A DNA stretch of 63,830 nt, the filler included, from Squatina squatina (lineage: Eukaryota): assembly GCA_031763465.1 (NCBI GenBank). It is 4 parts of 4 records of this genome, joined end to end, with 100 filler letters (N's around TTAATTAATTAA, not from the genome) between each part and the next. Parts side by side here need not be neighbours in the genome. Positions count along the whole stretch, not along the records: positions 16,705 to 32,070 come from JARFOE010000051.1; positions 32,171 to 49,343 come from JARFOE010000038.1; 2 more parts are not named here. One strand, written 5' to 3'. Below, piece after piece: positions 23,760 through 36,748 of this stretch. Below the pieces are notes generated by a model. The model did no database searches, was not told where the DNA came from, and was given only the letters and a program-made list of their open reading frames with translations. The translations under genes and the position numbers were made by a program. Positions within the stretch are counted from its first letter, which is position 1. Every line of letters starts with the position of its first letter.

Positions 23760-24250
23760 GCCGGAGTCAGGAAAGGACAGTTTGTGGGTGCGGGGAGTGT
23801 TTAAAGCAGTGGAGGAATTAGAGAGACAAAGAGAGGCAAGGCCATAAAGGAATTAAACACAAGGATGAGAATTTTAATTTAGTGGTGTTCGGAGACTGGG
23901 CACAAATGTAGGGCAGCAAGGACTAATGTAATGGACGAGCAGGACTTGATATCGGATAGAATACAAGCAGCAGGATTTTGGACAAGCTGATGTTTATGGA
24001 GGGTGGACGATGGGAGGCCGGTTAGGAGAGCATTGAAATAATTTAGTCTGGAGGGGACAAAGACATGATTGCTGGTTTCAATGGCCAATTGGCTAAGGTA
24101 GGGGCAGAGGCAGACGATGTTATGGAGTAGCTATGAGGTCAGAAACTGAGCTCTGGGTCAGACTGGACTCCAAAGTTGAGAGCAGTCGAGATCAGCTTGA
24201 GTCAGTGGCCAGGATGGAGAATAGAGTTGGTGGCAGGAGTTGACAGAGTT
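23760..24250 (-). mobile_element. L2-clade LINE ORF2 C-terminal fragment
   Basis: HVFVPSRLNYFNALLTGLPSSTLHKHQLVQNPAACIL...ITLVLAALH matches the L2 motif (HAFVTSRLDYCNALL..LQLVQNAAA..ITPVL..LHWLP). Confidence 0.85.
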
Positions 24251-25405
24251 NNNNNNNNNNNNNNNNNNNNNNNNNNNNNNNNNNNNNNNNNNNNNNNNNN
24301 NNNNNNNNNNNNNNNNNNNNNNNNNNNNNNNNNNNNNNNNNNNNNNNNNNCCGTGTGTGAGAAGTTAGTCATTGCAGCATAGATGAATAGTTGAACACCA
24401 AGTGCAGTCATTATGCCTTACTCATTGATAAGTTAGGCTCTTCTCAGCTGCCAGCAATGACGCCTATATCTCCAGTAAAAGCTGACTGATGTTGATATGC
24501 AATGATGCTGAAACACTGCCATTTCATTTGCAGGCCAACGTCTCTGCTAACCATGTGGAGCACCGGTGGGGGACCACCAACCATTGTGACCCTGACTGGA
24601 AGGAAAGTGTCCTTCAATTAATCAGCTTTCAAGTGGTTGACCCTGTTGCCCAGGGCAATGCCGATNNNNNNNNNNTGAAGGCACCTCACCATCACTGCAT
24701 GAAGCTATATTAATGTCGGTATTACCATTGTGATCAGCCGCGATGCCACATAGGTCCTACCTTTCATTGCAACCATCTCAAGAATGTGTTATTTGTCATT
24801 GCTGATGACTCACAAGTGATGCCTGCACCACCATTATTGGCCAGCAGTGTGACAGGGGAGGGGAAAGAGGGTCACTCATGTACAACTCCATAATCTATAT
24901 TTCATTCCACTTCATATCTTTTTTACACATCGAACAGTAGCATTATGAAATCGTGATGCACAAGGGGCATAAATTGATCCATGCCAGTTTTCAGACGCCA
25001 TGCGTGCCTGAAGAATCCAACCTGAGAACCATCCACAATCTTCCTATCACAGGCCAACTGCCAGCGTCTGTTATGCCTCCAGAAGCAGCTCGTCAACGTC
25101 AAGGGATCTAATTTTCAGGCTAACTGCGTCGGTAGGAACGGTCCTCGGGCAAATACTGTGCTGAAGGAAATTGGAAGGGGAGCGATTGCAGGCCAGACCT
25201 CAGGAGTGCTGTGGAGCTGGGATGAGACCCTCGCTACTCTATATAAAACTTTAAAAATATATTTTTTTACTCACTTGCTGGGCTGCATCCACGCCAGTAG
25301 AAGCTGAATGGAGCAGCCCAATTTCCCAGAGGGCTCCTGAAACAAGTGTTAGACTCCTCATTAGCATATGCAATATTTTGAAACAGTACCATCAATGACA
25401 AATTT

Positions 25406-25714
25406 AAATCATAGAATGATACAGTACAGGAGGAGGCCATTCAGCCCAATATGCCCGTGCTGGCTCCATGAAAGAACTATCCAATTAGTTCCAATCCCCT
25501 GCCCTTTCTCCATAGCCCTGCACATTTTTCTCCTTCAAGTATCTATTCAATTCCCCTTTGAAAGTTATTATTGAATCTGCTTCCACCACCTGTTCAGCTA
25601 GTACATTCCAGACCATAACAACTCGCTGCTAAAAAATTGTATCCTCACCTTGCCTCTGGTCATTTTGCCAATTACCTTAAATCTGTGTCCTCTGGTTACA
25701 GACTCTTCTGCCAT
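25406..25714 (-). mobile_element. CR1 LINE 3' end
   Basis: MAEESVTRGHRFKVIGK reading and a CATAGAATGATACAG tail on the reverse strand. Confidence 0.85.
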
Positions 25715-26149
25715 NNNNNNNNNNNNNNNNNNNNNNNNNNNNNNNNNNNNNNNNNNNNNNNNNNNNNNNNNNNNNNNNNNNNNNNNNNNNNNNNNNNNNN
25801 NNNNNNNNNNNNNNNNNNNNNNNNNNNNNNNNNNNNNNNNNNNNNNNNNNNNNNNNNNNNNNNNNNNNNNNNNNNNNNNNNNNNNNNNNNNNNNNNNNNN
25901 NNNNNNNNNNNNNNNGAGCACTATCCAAGACATCGAGGCCCCTCTGGGAGAGGTTCTGCATGATGCTTACAAGGAGACAGCAAATATAAACAGAGGTCGG
26001 CGGTGGCATGCATCTCACAGTCATCATCATGGCTACTGCGCAGGCTGAGAACAGGCTTCAGCTTTGCTGGCTTGGTGTACCATCTCCTGGTACCTGGGAA
26101 GGACCAACCAGGTTGCTGTTCTTCTATGTTAAAGGTGCTATATATCACT

Positions 26150-26390
26150 TCTATTTGATGTCCAAGGACATGTGCTAGCAGTGCAAGTGTGTGTATAGGG
26201 AAAGGGTGGATAAGCCTCAGCTACCATGCTCCCTCAGTCAAAGTGTCTACAGACATCCCCTCACAAGGCTCAAATATGTGAATGGTCACTTGGGGAAGGA
26301 ACCAGACGACGACCAGTATCTATCGAACTATCCATCAGCAAGAGGTCAATGCCTTAAGGAGCAAATGGGGAGAGAGAAAGTTGGCAAGAG
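26150..26390 (+). mobile_element. Old dispersed SINE-like repeat (family with the GAATGGTCACTTGGG...GCCTTxAGGAG...GAGAAA motif)
   Basis: Degenerate similarity to 5240-5335, 42780-42950 and 53120-53270 (+) and to 8880-9000 and 22110-22270 (-). Confidence 0.45.
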
Positions 26391-27382
26391 AATAAAAACA
26401 ATGGCCATGAACATATGAGGACGCATAACAATTTATTGTTTTCTGTCCCTCGACAGCTAAACTCAATTATTTCTCAAGAGATTGGGTAATACAGTTGTTA
26501 AAATATGGTACTATCACTTCTGGGACTTGAGTTACCTAAGAACATAAGAAATAGGAGCAGGAGTAGGCCATTCAGCCCGTCGAGCCTGCTCCACCATTCA
26601 ATGAGATCATGGTTNNNNNNNNNNNNNNNNNNNNNNNNNNNNNNNNNNNNNNNNNNNNNNNNNNNNNNNNNNNNNNNNNNNNNNNNNNNNNNNNNNNNNN
26701 NNNNNNNNNNNNNNNNNNNNNNNNNNNNNNNNNNNNNNNNNNNNNNNNNNNNNNNNNNNNNNNNNNNNNNNNNNNNNNNNNNNNNNNNNNNNNNNNNNNN
26801 NNNNNNNNNNNNNNNNNNNNNNNNNNNNNNNNNNNNNNNNNNNNNNNNNNNNNNNNNNNNNNNNNNNNNNNNNNNNNNNNNNNNNNNNNNNNNNNNNNNN
26901 NNNNNNNNNNNNNNNNNNNNNNNNNNNNNNNNNNNNNNNNNNNNNNNNNNNNNNNNNNNNNNNNNNNNNNNNNNNNNNNNNNNNNNNNNNNNNNNNNNNN
27001 NNNNNNNNNNNNNNNNNNNNNNNNNNNNNNNNNNNNNNNNNNNNNNNNNNNNNNNNNNNNNNNNNNNNNNNNNNNNNNNNNNNNNNNNNNNNNNNNNNNN
27101 NNNNNNNNNNNNNNNNNNNNNNNNNNNNNNNNNNNNNNNNNNNNNNNNNNNNNNNNNNNNNNNNNNNNNNNNNNNNNNNNNNNNNNNNNNNNNNNNNNNN
27201 NNNNNNNNNNNNNNNNNNNNNNNNNNNNNNNNNNNNNNNNNNNNNNNNNNNNNNNNNNNNNNNNNNNNNNNNNNNNNNNNNNNNNNNNNNNNNNNNNNNN
27301 NNNNNNNNNNNNNNNNNNNNNNNNNNNNNNNNNNNNNNNNNNNNNNNNNNNNNNNNNNNNNNNNNNNNNNNNNNNNNNNNNN

Positions 27383-27975
27383 GTCAGTATCTGAAGGTGG
27401 TCAGTATCTCAGGGACGGGTCAGTATCTGAGGGTGGACAATATCGGAAGGACTGGTCAGTATCTGAGGGACTGGTCAATGTCTGAGGGACTGGTCAGTAT
27501 CAAAAGGTCAGGTCAGTATCGTTAGGTCTGGTCAGTATCTGAGGGACCGGTCAGTATCGGAAGTAACGGTCAGTATCAGAAGGAATGATCAGTATATGAG
27601 AGTGGTCAGTATCTGAAGGTGGTCAGTATCTCAGGGACGGGTCAGTATCTGAGGGTGGACAATATCGGAAGGACTGGTCAGCATCTGAGGGTGGACAATA
27701 TCGGAAGGACTGGTCAGTATCTGAGGGACTGGTCAGTATCGGAAGGAATGGTCAGAATCGGAAGGACTGGTCAGTATCTGAAGGAATGGTCGGTATATGA
27801 GGGTGGTCAGGATCTGAAGGTGGTCAGTATCTCAGGGATGGGTCAGTATCTCAGGGTGGACAGTATCGGAAGGACTGGTCAGTATCTGAGGGACTGGTCA
27901 GTACCGGAAGAAATGGTCAGTATCTGAAGGTGGTCGGTCTCTGAAGGTGGTCGGTATCTGAGGGTGGCCGGTATC
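27383..27975. repeat. Minisatellite of 17-19-bp units with a constant GGTCAGTATC core
   Basis: About 30 visible units, with spacers drawn from TGAAGGT/TCAGGGAC/GGAAGGACT/TGAGGGACT. Confidence 0.92.
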
Positions 27976-30872
27976 TGTTGAGCTGGAGGCATCAGAAATG
28001 AATTTGAGAAATGTGATGGATAAACAGTAACGGTGAGGCGGTGGGGGGATGACAGGAATAGAGTCAGGATGGGAAAATAGCTGGGAAGAAATAATTTTCA
28101 TGACTAGAATAACGATTCAATCTTGCTCTGATATCTGGAGGCTTCATTACTGCGTCTTTAACACGTATAGAAAGGGTTCAGTCACGCATTGCTCGGACTT
28201 GTCAAAATTATCGCAATAATATTCATCCAAATGGAAAAGTGTAGGAAAATTAAATCAAAAGATTAACCCAAATTATATCTGATGCCATAGTATGAAAATA
28301 ATTGTTAAATGGTCTGTGATGGCTGCATTTAGAAACTAGAATAATCTTTTCTCAGTCATTACTTTCAGAAATTACCTGCAGTAACAAGTCAATAATGAAC
28401 AAAAAGGGGTCATTTCAGTTCAATTGGACCTTGCAAAAGATCTTCTTCAATCAATCGCAGTGAAGCTCTGTCTCTGTTACCCTATTTTTCTTTCACTTNN
28501 NNNNNNNNTCCAGCAATTTTAAAAGTTAAATGTGTGTTTAGACAAAACTATGACCCAATCTAATGGAAACACAAGTGACTGCAAAATGAGAAAGCTAGCT
28601 TTGATTGTCAAAAATGGCCTTTTAATAAGAATGAAATGATCTTGTACTTTTGTGTGAAAAATGTGCTGAGATTTTCTACAACAAAGGTTGTCCAGAAAAG
28701 AAACATGAATTCTCCTGGTTGTGATGTGAGTTGAATGATGTGTAATATTATTTTGGGGGTCATTTCTTATAGTTGACCAGGCGGCATTCTGTAATAACAC
28801 TGACAGTTACCCTAACATTGTCCANNNNNNNNNNNNNNNNNNNNNNNNNNNNNNNNNNNNNNNNNNNNNNNNNNNNNNNNNNNNNNNNNNNNNNNNNNNN
28901 NNNNNNNNNNNNNNNNNNNNNNNNACTTTACCAACCATTACAATACAATTGTACTTTTATACAGTGCAGTAGCAGTCTTTCAGGCTAAACGTCCCACTTT
29001 TCCATGTGGAGATGATCCCCTGTGTGTTGTCTTTGAATCACACCAGGTGTAGTAATTAGAGGTGTACTATGTAAACTGTTTTCCTATGCGTGCTTCATGA
29101 TAATCATTAAAAATGTGTTGGGTCAGAAACGGAAGGTCAGAGACTGTTGCAAACGATTTATTTGACTTTTCAACGAACTGAAAAGAAAGATCAATTTCAG
29201 AGGACTCACACAAACATTATTTGATAATATTTAGCACTCCTCGCCTGTTGAATAGCCTGTTCTGCGGGTCGCTACAGCTTTCTCTTTAGATACAAACCCC
29301 CCAAATACTGCGGGTGCTGGAAATCTGAAATAAAACCGGTTACATTTCTAACTGTTCCAGTTCCGACGAAAGCTCATCGACCTGAAACGTTAACTCTGTT
29401 TCTCTCTCCACCTGACCTACTGAGCGTTCCCAGCATTTTTTTTGTTTTTGTTTCTCTTTAGCTGTTGAGCCGAGATGTTAATCGCCCTCCCAAGCCCCAA
29501 CACACCGAATTAAATGCAATGGTTGTATTGCGACTCAGCTCACCCAACGCAACGCAGCGAGCCTCGAGCCGACCCCAGTAGCTGGCGTCCAGCTTCCCAC
29601 CANNNNNNNNNNNNNNNNNNNNNNNNNNNNNNNNNNNNNNNNNNNNNNNNNNNNNNNNNNNNNNNNNNNNNNNNNNNNNNNNNNNNNNNNNNNNNNNNNN
29701 NNNNNNNNNNNNNNNNNNNNNNNNNNNNNNNNNNNNNNNNNNNNNNNNNNNNNNNNNNNNNNNNNNNNNNNNNNNNNNNNNNNNNNNNNNNNNNNNNNNN
29801 NNNNNNNNNNNNNNNNNNNNNNNNNNNNNNNNNNNNNNNNNNNNNNNNNNNNNNNNNNNNNNNNNNNNNNNNNNNNNNNNNNNNNNNNNNNNNNNNNNNN
29901 NNNNNNNNNNNNNNNNNNNNNNNNNNNNNNNNNNNNNNNNNNNNNNNNNNNNNNNNNNNNNNNNNNNNNNNNNNNNNNNNNNNNNNNNNNNNNNNNNNNN
30001 NNNNNNNNNNNNNNNNNNNNNNNNNNNNNNNNNNNNNNNNNNNNNNNNNNNNNNNNNNNNNTACATGAATTCCAGCTGATGTTTCCTCTCCCTAGTAAGG
30101 GAACACCGAAGCCAAGTCATCACCTCCTACTGACAACCTTGCAGAGATCTGCTAACACAGCACACGTCAGACATCAAACCTGCGACCTTGTGGGTCTGTA
30201 ATGTTTAACATCACTATGAACATAATCCTTAGCCACCGGGCCATTGAGTTGAACTCACAGAATCTATACTGTGTTTCAGGACCAGCCATCAATTCAAAAT
30301 GCATTGCTATTCAATAGCTGCGTTATAAATAAAATATATAGACATGGCTTCAGGGTTGAAAATTCTCCATATGAGTGTATGGGTTTGGAAAAGCTCCAAG
30401 CTGAATACACAAGGCTAGCTACAAACAATGCAGGGAGAACAAAGGGGCAGTATCTTTAAAGGACTGACAACCTTGGGTACTGCAGCAAATAGAAATGCTT
30501 CTTTGGCAATATTGTCCATAATGCAGTTAGGGACCCTAGTTCACTTCAAATATTGTGTATGTGTGTTTATTTTATCTGTGTATATGTGTGGTCTGACTAT
30601 TAGAGGCACCTGCATCTTCTGGAGCTCAGTGCTCCTAAGACTATATTTTTTGACTGCTGCTCACAGTTAGATCAGCATTCAATATTAAAGTCAGAAAATC
30701 ATTACAAATGAATAAAGCACGATTTAAAATGATGTGGGCGTTTTAATAAAGATCTCAAATGGAGCCCATTTTNNNNNNNNNNNNNNNNNNNNNNNNNNNN
30801 NNNNNNNNNNNNNNNNNNNNNNNNNNNNNNNNNNNNNNNNNNNNNNNNNNNNNNNNNNNNNNNNNNNNNNNN

Positions 30873-31025
30873 CGGGAACAGAGGCAGCCCCACTCCGAAT
30901 CTCCAACTCGGGGGGGCTGAAGATCACAAACTCTCGTGGATCCAGGACCCTTAGGTAAGTACGTAAATCTTTTTGCGATTGGAGGCATCCGCACGCAGGA
31001 AGCCTCCGATCGCAATTTCAGGCCC
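30873..31025 (-). mobile_element. MITE-like element end with a subterminal hairpin
   Basis: Reverse complement is homologous to 51894-52040. Confidence 0.7.
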
Positions 31026-31339
31026 AATATTTTGGGATACAGTTTATGAGTAATTTGGACACGATGTATGACAAGTGCAGTATGCTTGGAAGGAACAGGT
31101 GACTTTGGACCCATGGTTCCCAAAGCTTTCCAGTGCTGGCCATTTTTTCACTTCATGTCCTGGGTCTGTTGTGGACTAATTGCTAGAGATTGAATGCTAT
31201 GATTAGACAACAACTCTATTATCATTGTATCATGCATCTACCAGGATGGTGGGAGGTAAACTAGATGGACCGTGGTCTTTTTTCATCTAGTAATTCTATG
31301 AAGTGATCCTGTTCCGGTCCCAGCATAAATGTTGTGATT

Positions 31340-32060
31340 TTCTTTCCCTTCCCAGCTGTTCAGTCAGGCTGAACTTTGCTGCGTCCGATTTAACTCTCAG
31401 CTGAATTTCAAACTCCACATCAAGTCGCTCACCTGCCTATGAGCCTAACTCACTCCATCGGCATCAACACCCTCAACTACGCTTTCATCATCTCAAGGCT
31501 TGATTTATTTAACGCTCTCCTCAGCATCACCCTGCAGCTCCAATTGATCCAGACCTCTGTGGCACATATCCTTTTCTGTATTAAGTCCCAAACACCTATC
31601 GCCCATGTCACTGGCTTTAAATGGCTCCCCATTCCTCAGCACTTAGACTTTTAAAGTCCTCATACCCATATTCGGATCCCTTCATAACCTCAATCCACTA
31701 TACAATCTTCTCAATGTTCATTAGCCTCCATTCTAGCATGTGAGAAAAAGAAACATTTACATTTATATAGTGCCTTTCATGACCTCAGGATGTCCCAAAG
31801 TGCTTTACTGCCAATGAAGTACTTTTGAAGTGAGTCACTGTTGTAACGTACCCTCCATTCTTCTGACTCTGGCCTTCTGTGTCTGTCCTTCTCCTTCACC
31901 ATCAGTTCTAGACTCCAGTCATCACAGCCCAACCCTGGAATTTTCTTTCAAAATTATTCTGTATTGTCACCTCTCACTCTCTACATTCAACAGCCTCTGC
32001 AAAACCTACCTGGTACATTCGGCCACCTCCCATAACTGCTCTCTCGCTTCCTGCTAGTGT
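31340..32060 (+). mobile_element. L2-clade LINE fragment interrupted by a SINE tail (~31745-31846, minus strand)
   Basis: YAFIISRLDLFNALL..LQLIQTSVAHIL...KWLPIPQHLDF L2 motif with an embedded reverse DeuSINE-like tail. Confidence 0.75.
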
Positions 32061-32070
32061 CCTCTGATCC

Positions 32071-32170
32071 NNNNNNNNNNNNNNNNNNNNNNNNNNNNNN
32101 NNNNNNNNNNNNNNTTAATTAATTAANNNNNNNNNNNNNNNNNNNNNNNNNNNNNNNNNNNNNNNNNNNN
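32071..32170. other. Synthetic scaffold-join linker (44N-TTAATTAATTAA-44N)
   Basis: Same structure as 16605-16704. Confidence 0.95.
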
Positions 32171-32700
32171 TCTGGGGTGTCTCCATACTACCCAATATGT
32201 ATCTCTATAACCCGAGATGGTGTAGTCGTATCCCCTTGAGATTGGAAGTGGATATGCATGTTTTTTATGTGCGCTGCTTTGATCTCGTCGAAAGCCAGAT
32301 GAGCAACCACTTGGTGAGATGAGCCTTTATTTCATGGTACAGGAACATAAAAACCTTGTGATTGGAGTCCCTTATTTCAATCAGTGTAACTTGTCTTTGT
32401 GGAATGCAAAATCACAAACATTACATGTCCCNNNNNNNNNNCTCAGTCTTAGGCCAAAGTGCTTCAGTCTCCTGAAAATACATGCTTGTGTGGCATCCTG
32501 GCTGAAGTGACAGGACTGCTGGCACTTGTACTTTCAGTAGTCAATGTGTGAGGAAGATAGTAAGTTTAGAATAGGCTTAATGAGACTACCAGCATTTTCT
32601 GAATAGGGAATAGCTTTTGTTGGTGGTTGTGCATATTAGGGCATGGAAACTGCTGTATTTGAAGGACATCTTTGACTAATGTCATGAACTCCTTTCATAG

Positions 32701-32824
32701 GTCTTTGGCTCTGGATGAGAAGCGACGCCTTGAGGCCAGGATTGCTCAGCTGGAGGAGGAGGTAGAGGAGGAGCAGACCAACACTGAAATGGCCAATGAT
32801 CGCTTCAAGAAAGCCAGTCTGCAG
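32701..32824 (+). CDS. MYH9: Non-muscle myosin heavy chain IIA, rod exon
   Basis: TAG/GT-bounded 124-bp exon [41 protein letters not shown]. Confidence 0.88.
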
Positions 32825-33672
32825 GTATATGTCGCTTATTTTGCTAGTGTGGATTACAATGAGAATGTCAAAGCGCAGCTGAGAAACTTCTTAAACTGAT
32901 CTCAACAGACAAGAAATGGGGATTACAGAAAATGTTTCAGTACCCTGGCCAAATAATCCATTTAACTGTGCAGTATTATGGTTGCGTCAGGGAATGTTGG
33001 GCATAATTTTAGTAAACCGATGCTGCTGTGCAAGGTCACTAAACATCAGCGTGGATTAAAAATAAGGCTATAACAGTATATCGCTGGCTCTTTGACCCAC
33101 ACTCACTTCTGTCAAGGTGCCAAAGTGATAGTGAGCCCTGGGAAATGACCTTACTGCGTATATTTCACAGCCAGCCAGTACCCTAGAATATCTTCAATCT
33201 CATTGTAACTTGGAAACTGTTCTTTAATGCGGTAAACTTGTTCTACAAGTAGTCAGAGCATGATTAACAGCGGTATGTGGGTTGCAGAGAGTCCAGACAG
33301 TCAGGCAGACATTGTGAAATGCTCTTTTTAAATAAAAGGATGTTTCACTCTGTGACCCTTGAGTTGTCCATTGGATTTTTAAATTAAAACAATTGTTCTG
33401 AAGCCCTCACTGGGGAATTGGCTTGTGTGATTTACTGAACCTAAACCCTGGGAACTCTGAATTAATATCTATGAAATAACCCTGTACTCCACTACCCCTG
33501 TACTTTGGGGATAACTTGGTAGGAAAGTTGGTTTGTAGGAATATGCTGCTGTAGGGGAGGCGGGGGTGCGGGGGGAGGTTGGTCGAAGGCTTTCACTCCA
33601 TGCTCTCGAAGGAAACTGGGTGCGAGAACTAAAGCTGAAAATGTTTCACATCTCCTAATGATTGTTGAACAG

Positions 33673-33881
33673 GTTGACCAGATAAATGCAGATCTTTCTG
33701 CTGAACGCAGCAATGCCCAGAAGGCTGAAAATGCTCGCCAGCAACTAGATCGTCATAACAAGGAACTGAAAGCCAAGCTGCAGGAGATGGAGAATGCTGT
33801 TAGATCCAAGTACAAGGCAAACCTCACAGCACTGGAGGCCAAAATTGCTCAGCTGGAGGAGCAACTCGATGCCGAAAGCCG
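33673..33881 (+). CDS. MYH9: Non-muscle myosin heavy chain IIA, rod exon
   Basis: CAG/GT-bounded 209-bp exon [69 protein letters not shown](R), in phase with the previous exon. Confidence 0.9.
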
Positions 33882-35724
33882 GTACAAATAGATCAAAACA
33901 ATCGATGAAATATGCCAGGAAAGGGTATTTCAGGATGTGGGTGGGTGGGGGAAGTCCTGGTTTTAAAATGATTTGCAAGCTAAGTGTCCAAAGCAAATAA
34001 GGCCCATAATTTGGCCCAAGTGTAGGCAGCCTCGCTCAAGCTTTAAGGATGGTGGATTTGGGAAATGGAAATATTGCAGTTTAACATTTGGTGCTGTTAT
34101 GAAGTTGGAACGTGTTTTTCGAGCGAAGTTCCCTTTTGTTCTGATGGTGTTTTGGCATCATTGCCTCTGCACCACTTGTTCGGCACGGATGAACCTCTTT
34201 TTAAGCACAGAAATAACACCCAAAACATCAGATTGCTGATATGGTAGTCACAAGAGGGATATACATTTAGCACTGGTAACCAGGTGTATGCCCTTCAGTA
34301 CTGTTGGGGGTCGTCAGTGACAATACCTGGAGCCATTTTGAACAATCGGAATTAAAAGGACGCTGCTTCTGACCGCTGTGCACTCTTCAAAGGCCATTTG
34401 AACCACTTCTCCCCACCCTTTCCACTGCTTTAAAAAAAAACACCAGCAACCCATGGCCCAGCTCAGCTGCTACCCATTGTCCCAAAGCGGTCACTTTTTT
34501 TTTTAAAGATATTCTCGCATCCATGCTCTATCCTGCAGTCTTTCCACAAGAAAGTGACATGTGCAAAGGAATGCGTGGCCTATAGACAGGAAATAAAAGG
34601 CAAGTCATGTAGAACAGGAAAGGGGAAAAAGCTGTGCATGAGATTTTAAAGGCTCACCATTGAAAAAGTAAAAACTGACTTCTGAAGGATACATGTTAAA
34701 ATCACAATGATTGGCTGGTTTTTGCTGAAAGCATCCATCTGGTCTCAGTTGAGTTTGTTGGGCAACAGAAGTGCTCCAAAGCCCTTTAAGCCTTCTAATC
34801 ATAAAGCAAAGCAATAAAAGATGGTTGGAGGAGGCAAGGAGGAAACAGATACAGGTCTACAAGGCCTTGGTCACCAACTGGCAGCAGCCATCAACATTTT
34901 CACTCAAGGTCACAGCACACTTAGAATAACTGCAGAGCCAAAACTAGGAAAACCACCTTGCTTCAAAAGAGAAAAATCAATCAACTGAAAATAGAACGAG
35001 AAGCTGTCCAGGGGAATACCAATGTGCAAGCAAGACAAGCTTAAGATGTACTGAAAGGCAGCAGCAGCTATTTTGGCAGCAGCTTGAAGAGTCAATCCAG
35101 GAGGATTAGTCCGTCAGTTTAAAAAAGGTCTACTCTTGGGTAGAAGAGAAAAGCCTACTACAGAATCTCCAGGACATTATAGCCCACACTGACAGATTGT
35201 CAAAACTTTGAAATTGAGTGTTGCTCATTGCACACTGCAGCCATGCCCAAACTTGAGACGACATACATGATTCTCAAATGTCAATTACCTTTTGTATTTT
35301 TGCCTCAAGGTTCTGTAAACATCTTCCCAGACAGGAAGTATGAGCTGCAGAAGCACTGGGTTCAGTTTAATGGTACAATGACAACATTCTACTGTCTGAA
35401 AGTTGCTGCTTGAAGTTCTAATTTAATATGGATGAGACATTGACTAGATAAATTCATATTAACACCAATACTGAAGATGTAAANNNNNNNNNNNNNNNNN
35501 NNNNNNNNNNNNNNNNNNNNNNNNNNNNNNNNNNNNNNNNNNNNNNNNNNNNNNNNNNNNNNNNNNNNNNNNNNNNNNNNNNNAAGCACTCCAGATTGTA
35601 GGGAATTCAAGGTCCACATGTGAACATGGCCAAGAAAATATCCCACAAGCTTGATAATTTAGTCAGGACTGAATCATCCCTGTTCTGAGGACAAACTTTG
35701 TTTGTTTTCCCTTGAGTTTAGCTG

Positions 35725-36192
35725 TTTGAGGTGGTAATCTAATCGAGATGTTTAAAATGATGAAGGGATTTGACTGGGTAGATACGGAGAAACTATTTCC
35801 TCTGGGAGAATCCAGAATAAGGGAGTGCAATCTTAAAATTGGAACTATGCCGTGCAGGAGTGATATCAGAGAAAACGAAAGACTTGCATTTATATAGCAC
35901 CCTTTATGACCACCGGATGTCTCAAAGTACTTTACAGCCAATGAAGTACTTTTTTGAAGTGTAGTCAGGAAGCACGTTTTCACACACAGGGTAGTGGAAA
36001 TCTGGAGCTCTTTCCCCAAAAGGCTGTGGATGCTGAGTTAATTGAGATATTCGAGACCGAGATCGATTAGATTTTTGTTAGGTATGGGTATCCAGTGATA
36101 TGAAGCAAAGATAGCTAAATAGGATTGAGGTACAGATCCACCGTGATCTAATTGAATGGCGGAGCGGGCTGAATGGCCTACTCGTTCCTATG
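35725..36192 (+). mobile_element. CR1 LINE 3' end with a nested reverse SINE tail (~35870-35967)
   Basis: RGNLIEMFKMMKGFDWVD...FPLGESR reading is interrupted, then resumes RKHVFTHRVVEIWSS. Confidence 0.8.
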
Positions 36193-36633
36193 TGGCATTA
36201 ACTAAATCTCCTGGCCTCCAGTCCACTCAAGTGATGAACAACTGCAAGGAAATGTGGGCACATGTAAATCATGGTAGATGCTGTTTTATTTAACTGACTG
36301 AGGGCTGTGGTCAGTCAGTTCAAGCACCGTCCTTTGGAACTGGCTTTGACTCCAGTCCATGTCATTGATTTTTTTTTTAAATAAATAAATAAATCTGTTG
36401 CCAATTTTATTTAATTTGAGAGTTTGTCTAGTTCTAAACTAATTGCTGGTGGGCACGATTTCATTTGTAATCTGACACAGATGGCGAGAGTGGGGGCTCT
36501 GGCCTCCATTTTATCTGTGCCATAACTAAGCTGGAAGCACAGCATTTTGAAAAAGACCAATCTCCCATTCACAAGCTCTAAAATCGCTTGGCATTAAGTA
36601 CATACAGAAATGTTTACATGTGTTTCTTTGTAG

Positions 36634-36748
36634 GCGTGGAGATCTGCCATTCACTGTGCGCCGCACCACAGGTAGAAAACTGGACGAAATCTCAGATGAT
36701 GATATCGAAGGTCGTAGTGACGCCGGAGATCCCAAAGCTGCTGAATAA
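36634..36748 (+). CDS. MYH9: MYH9 last coding exon (non-helical tailpiece) with stop
   Basis: TAG acceptor; RGDLPFTVRRTTGRKLDEISDDDIEGRSDAGDPKAAE*. The RRGDLPF start and K.AE end are diagnostic of MYH9 versus MYH10/11/14. Confidence 0.9.

Noticed and set aside
27383-27975. Repeat-spacer pattern resembling a CRISPR array, and the 102-aa ORF 27619..27927
   Set aside because: The core is only 10 bp, the spacers are 7-9 bp and reused, there are no cas genes and the context is vertebrate. The ORF is a by-product of the repeat.
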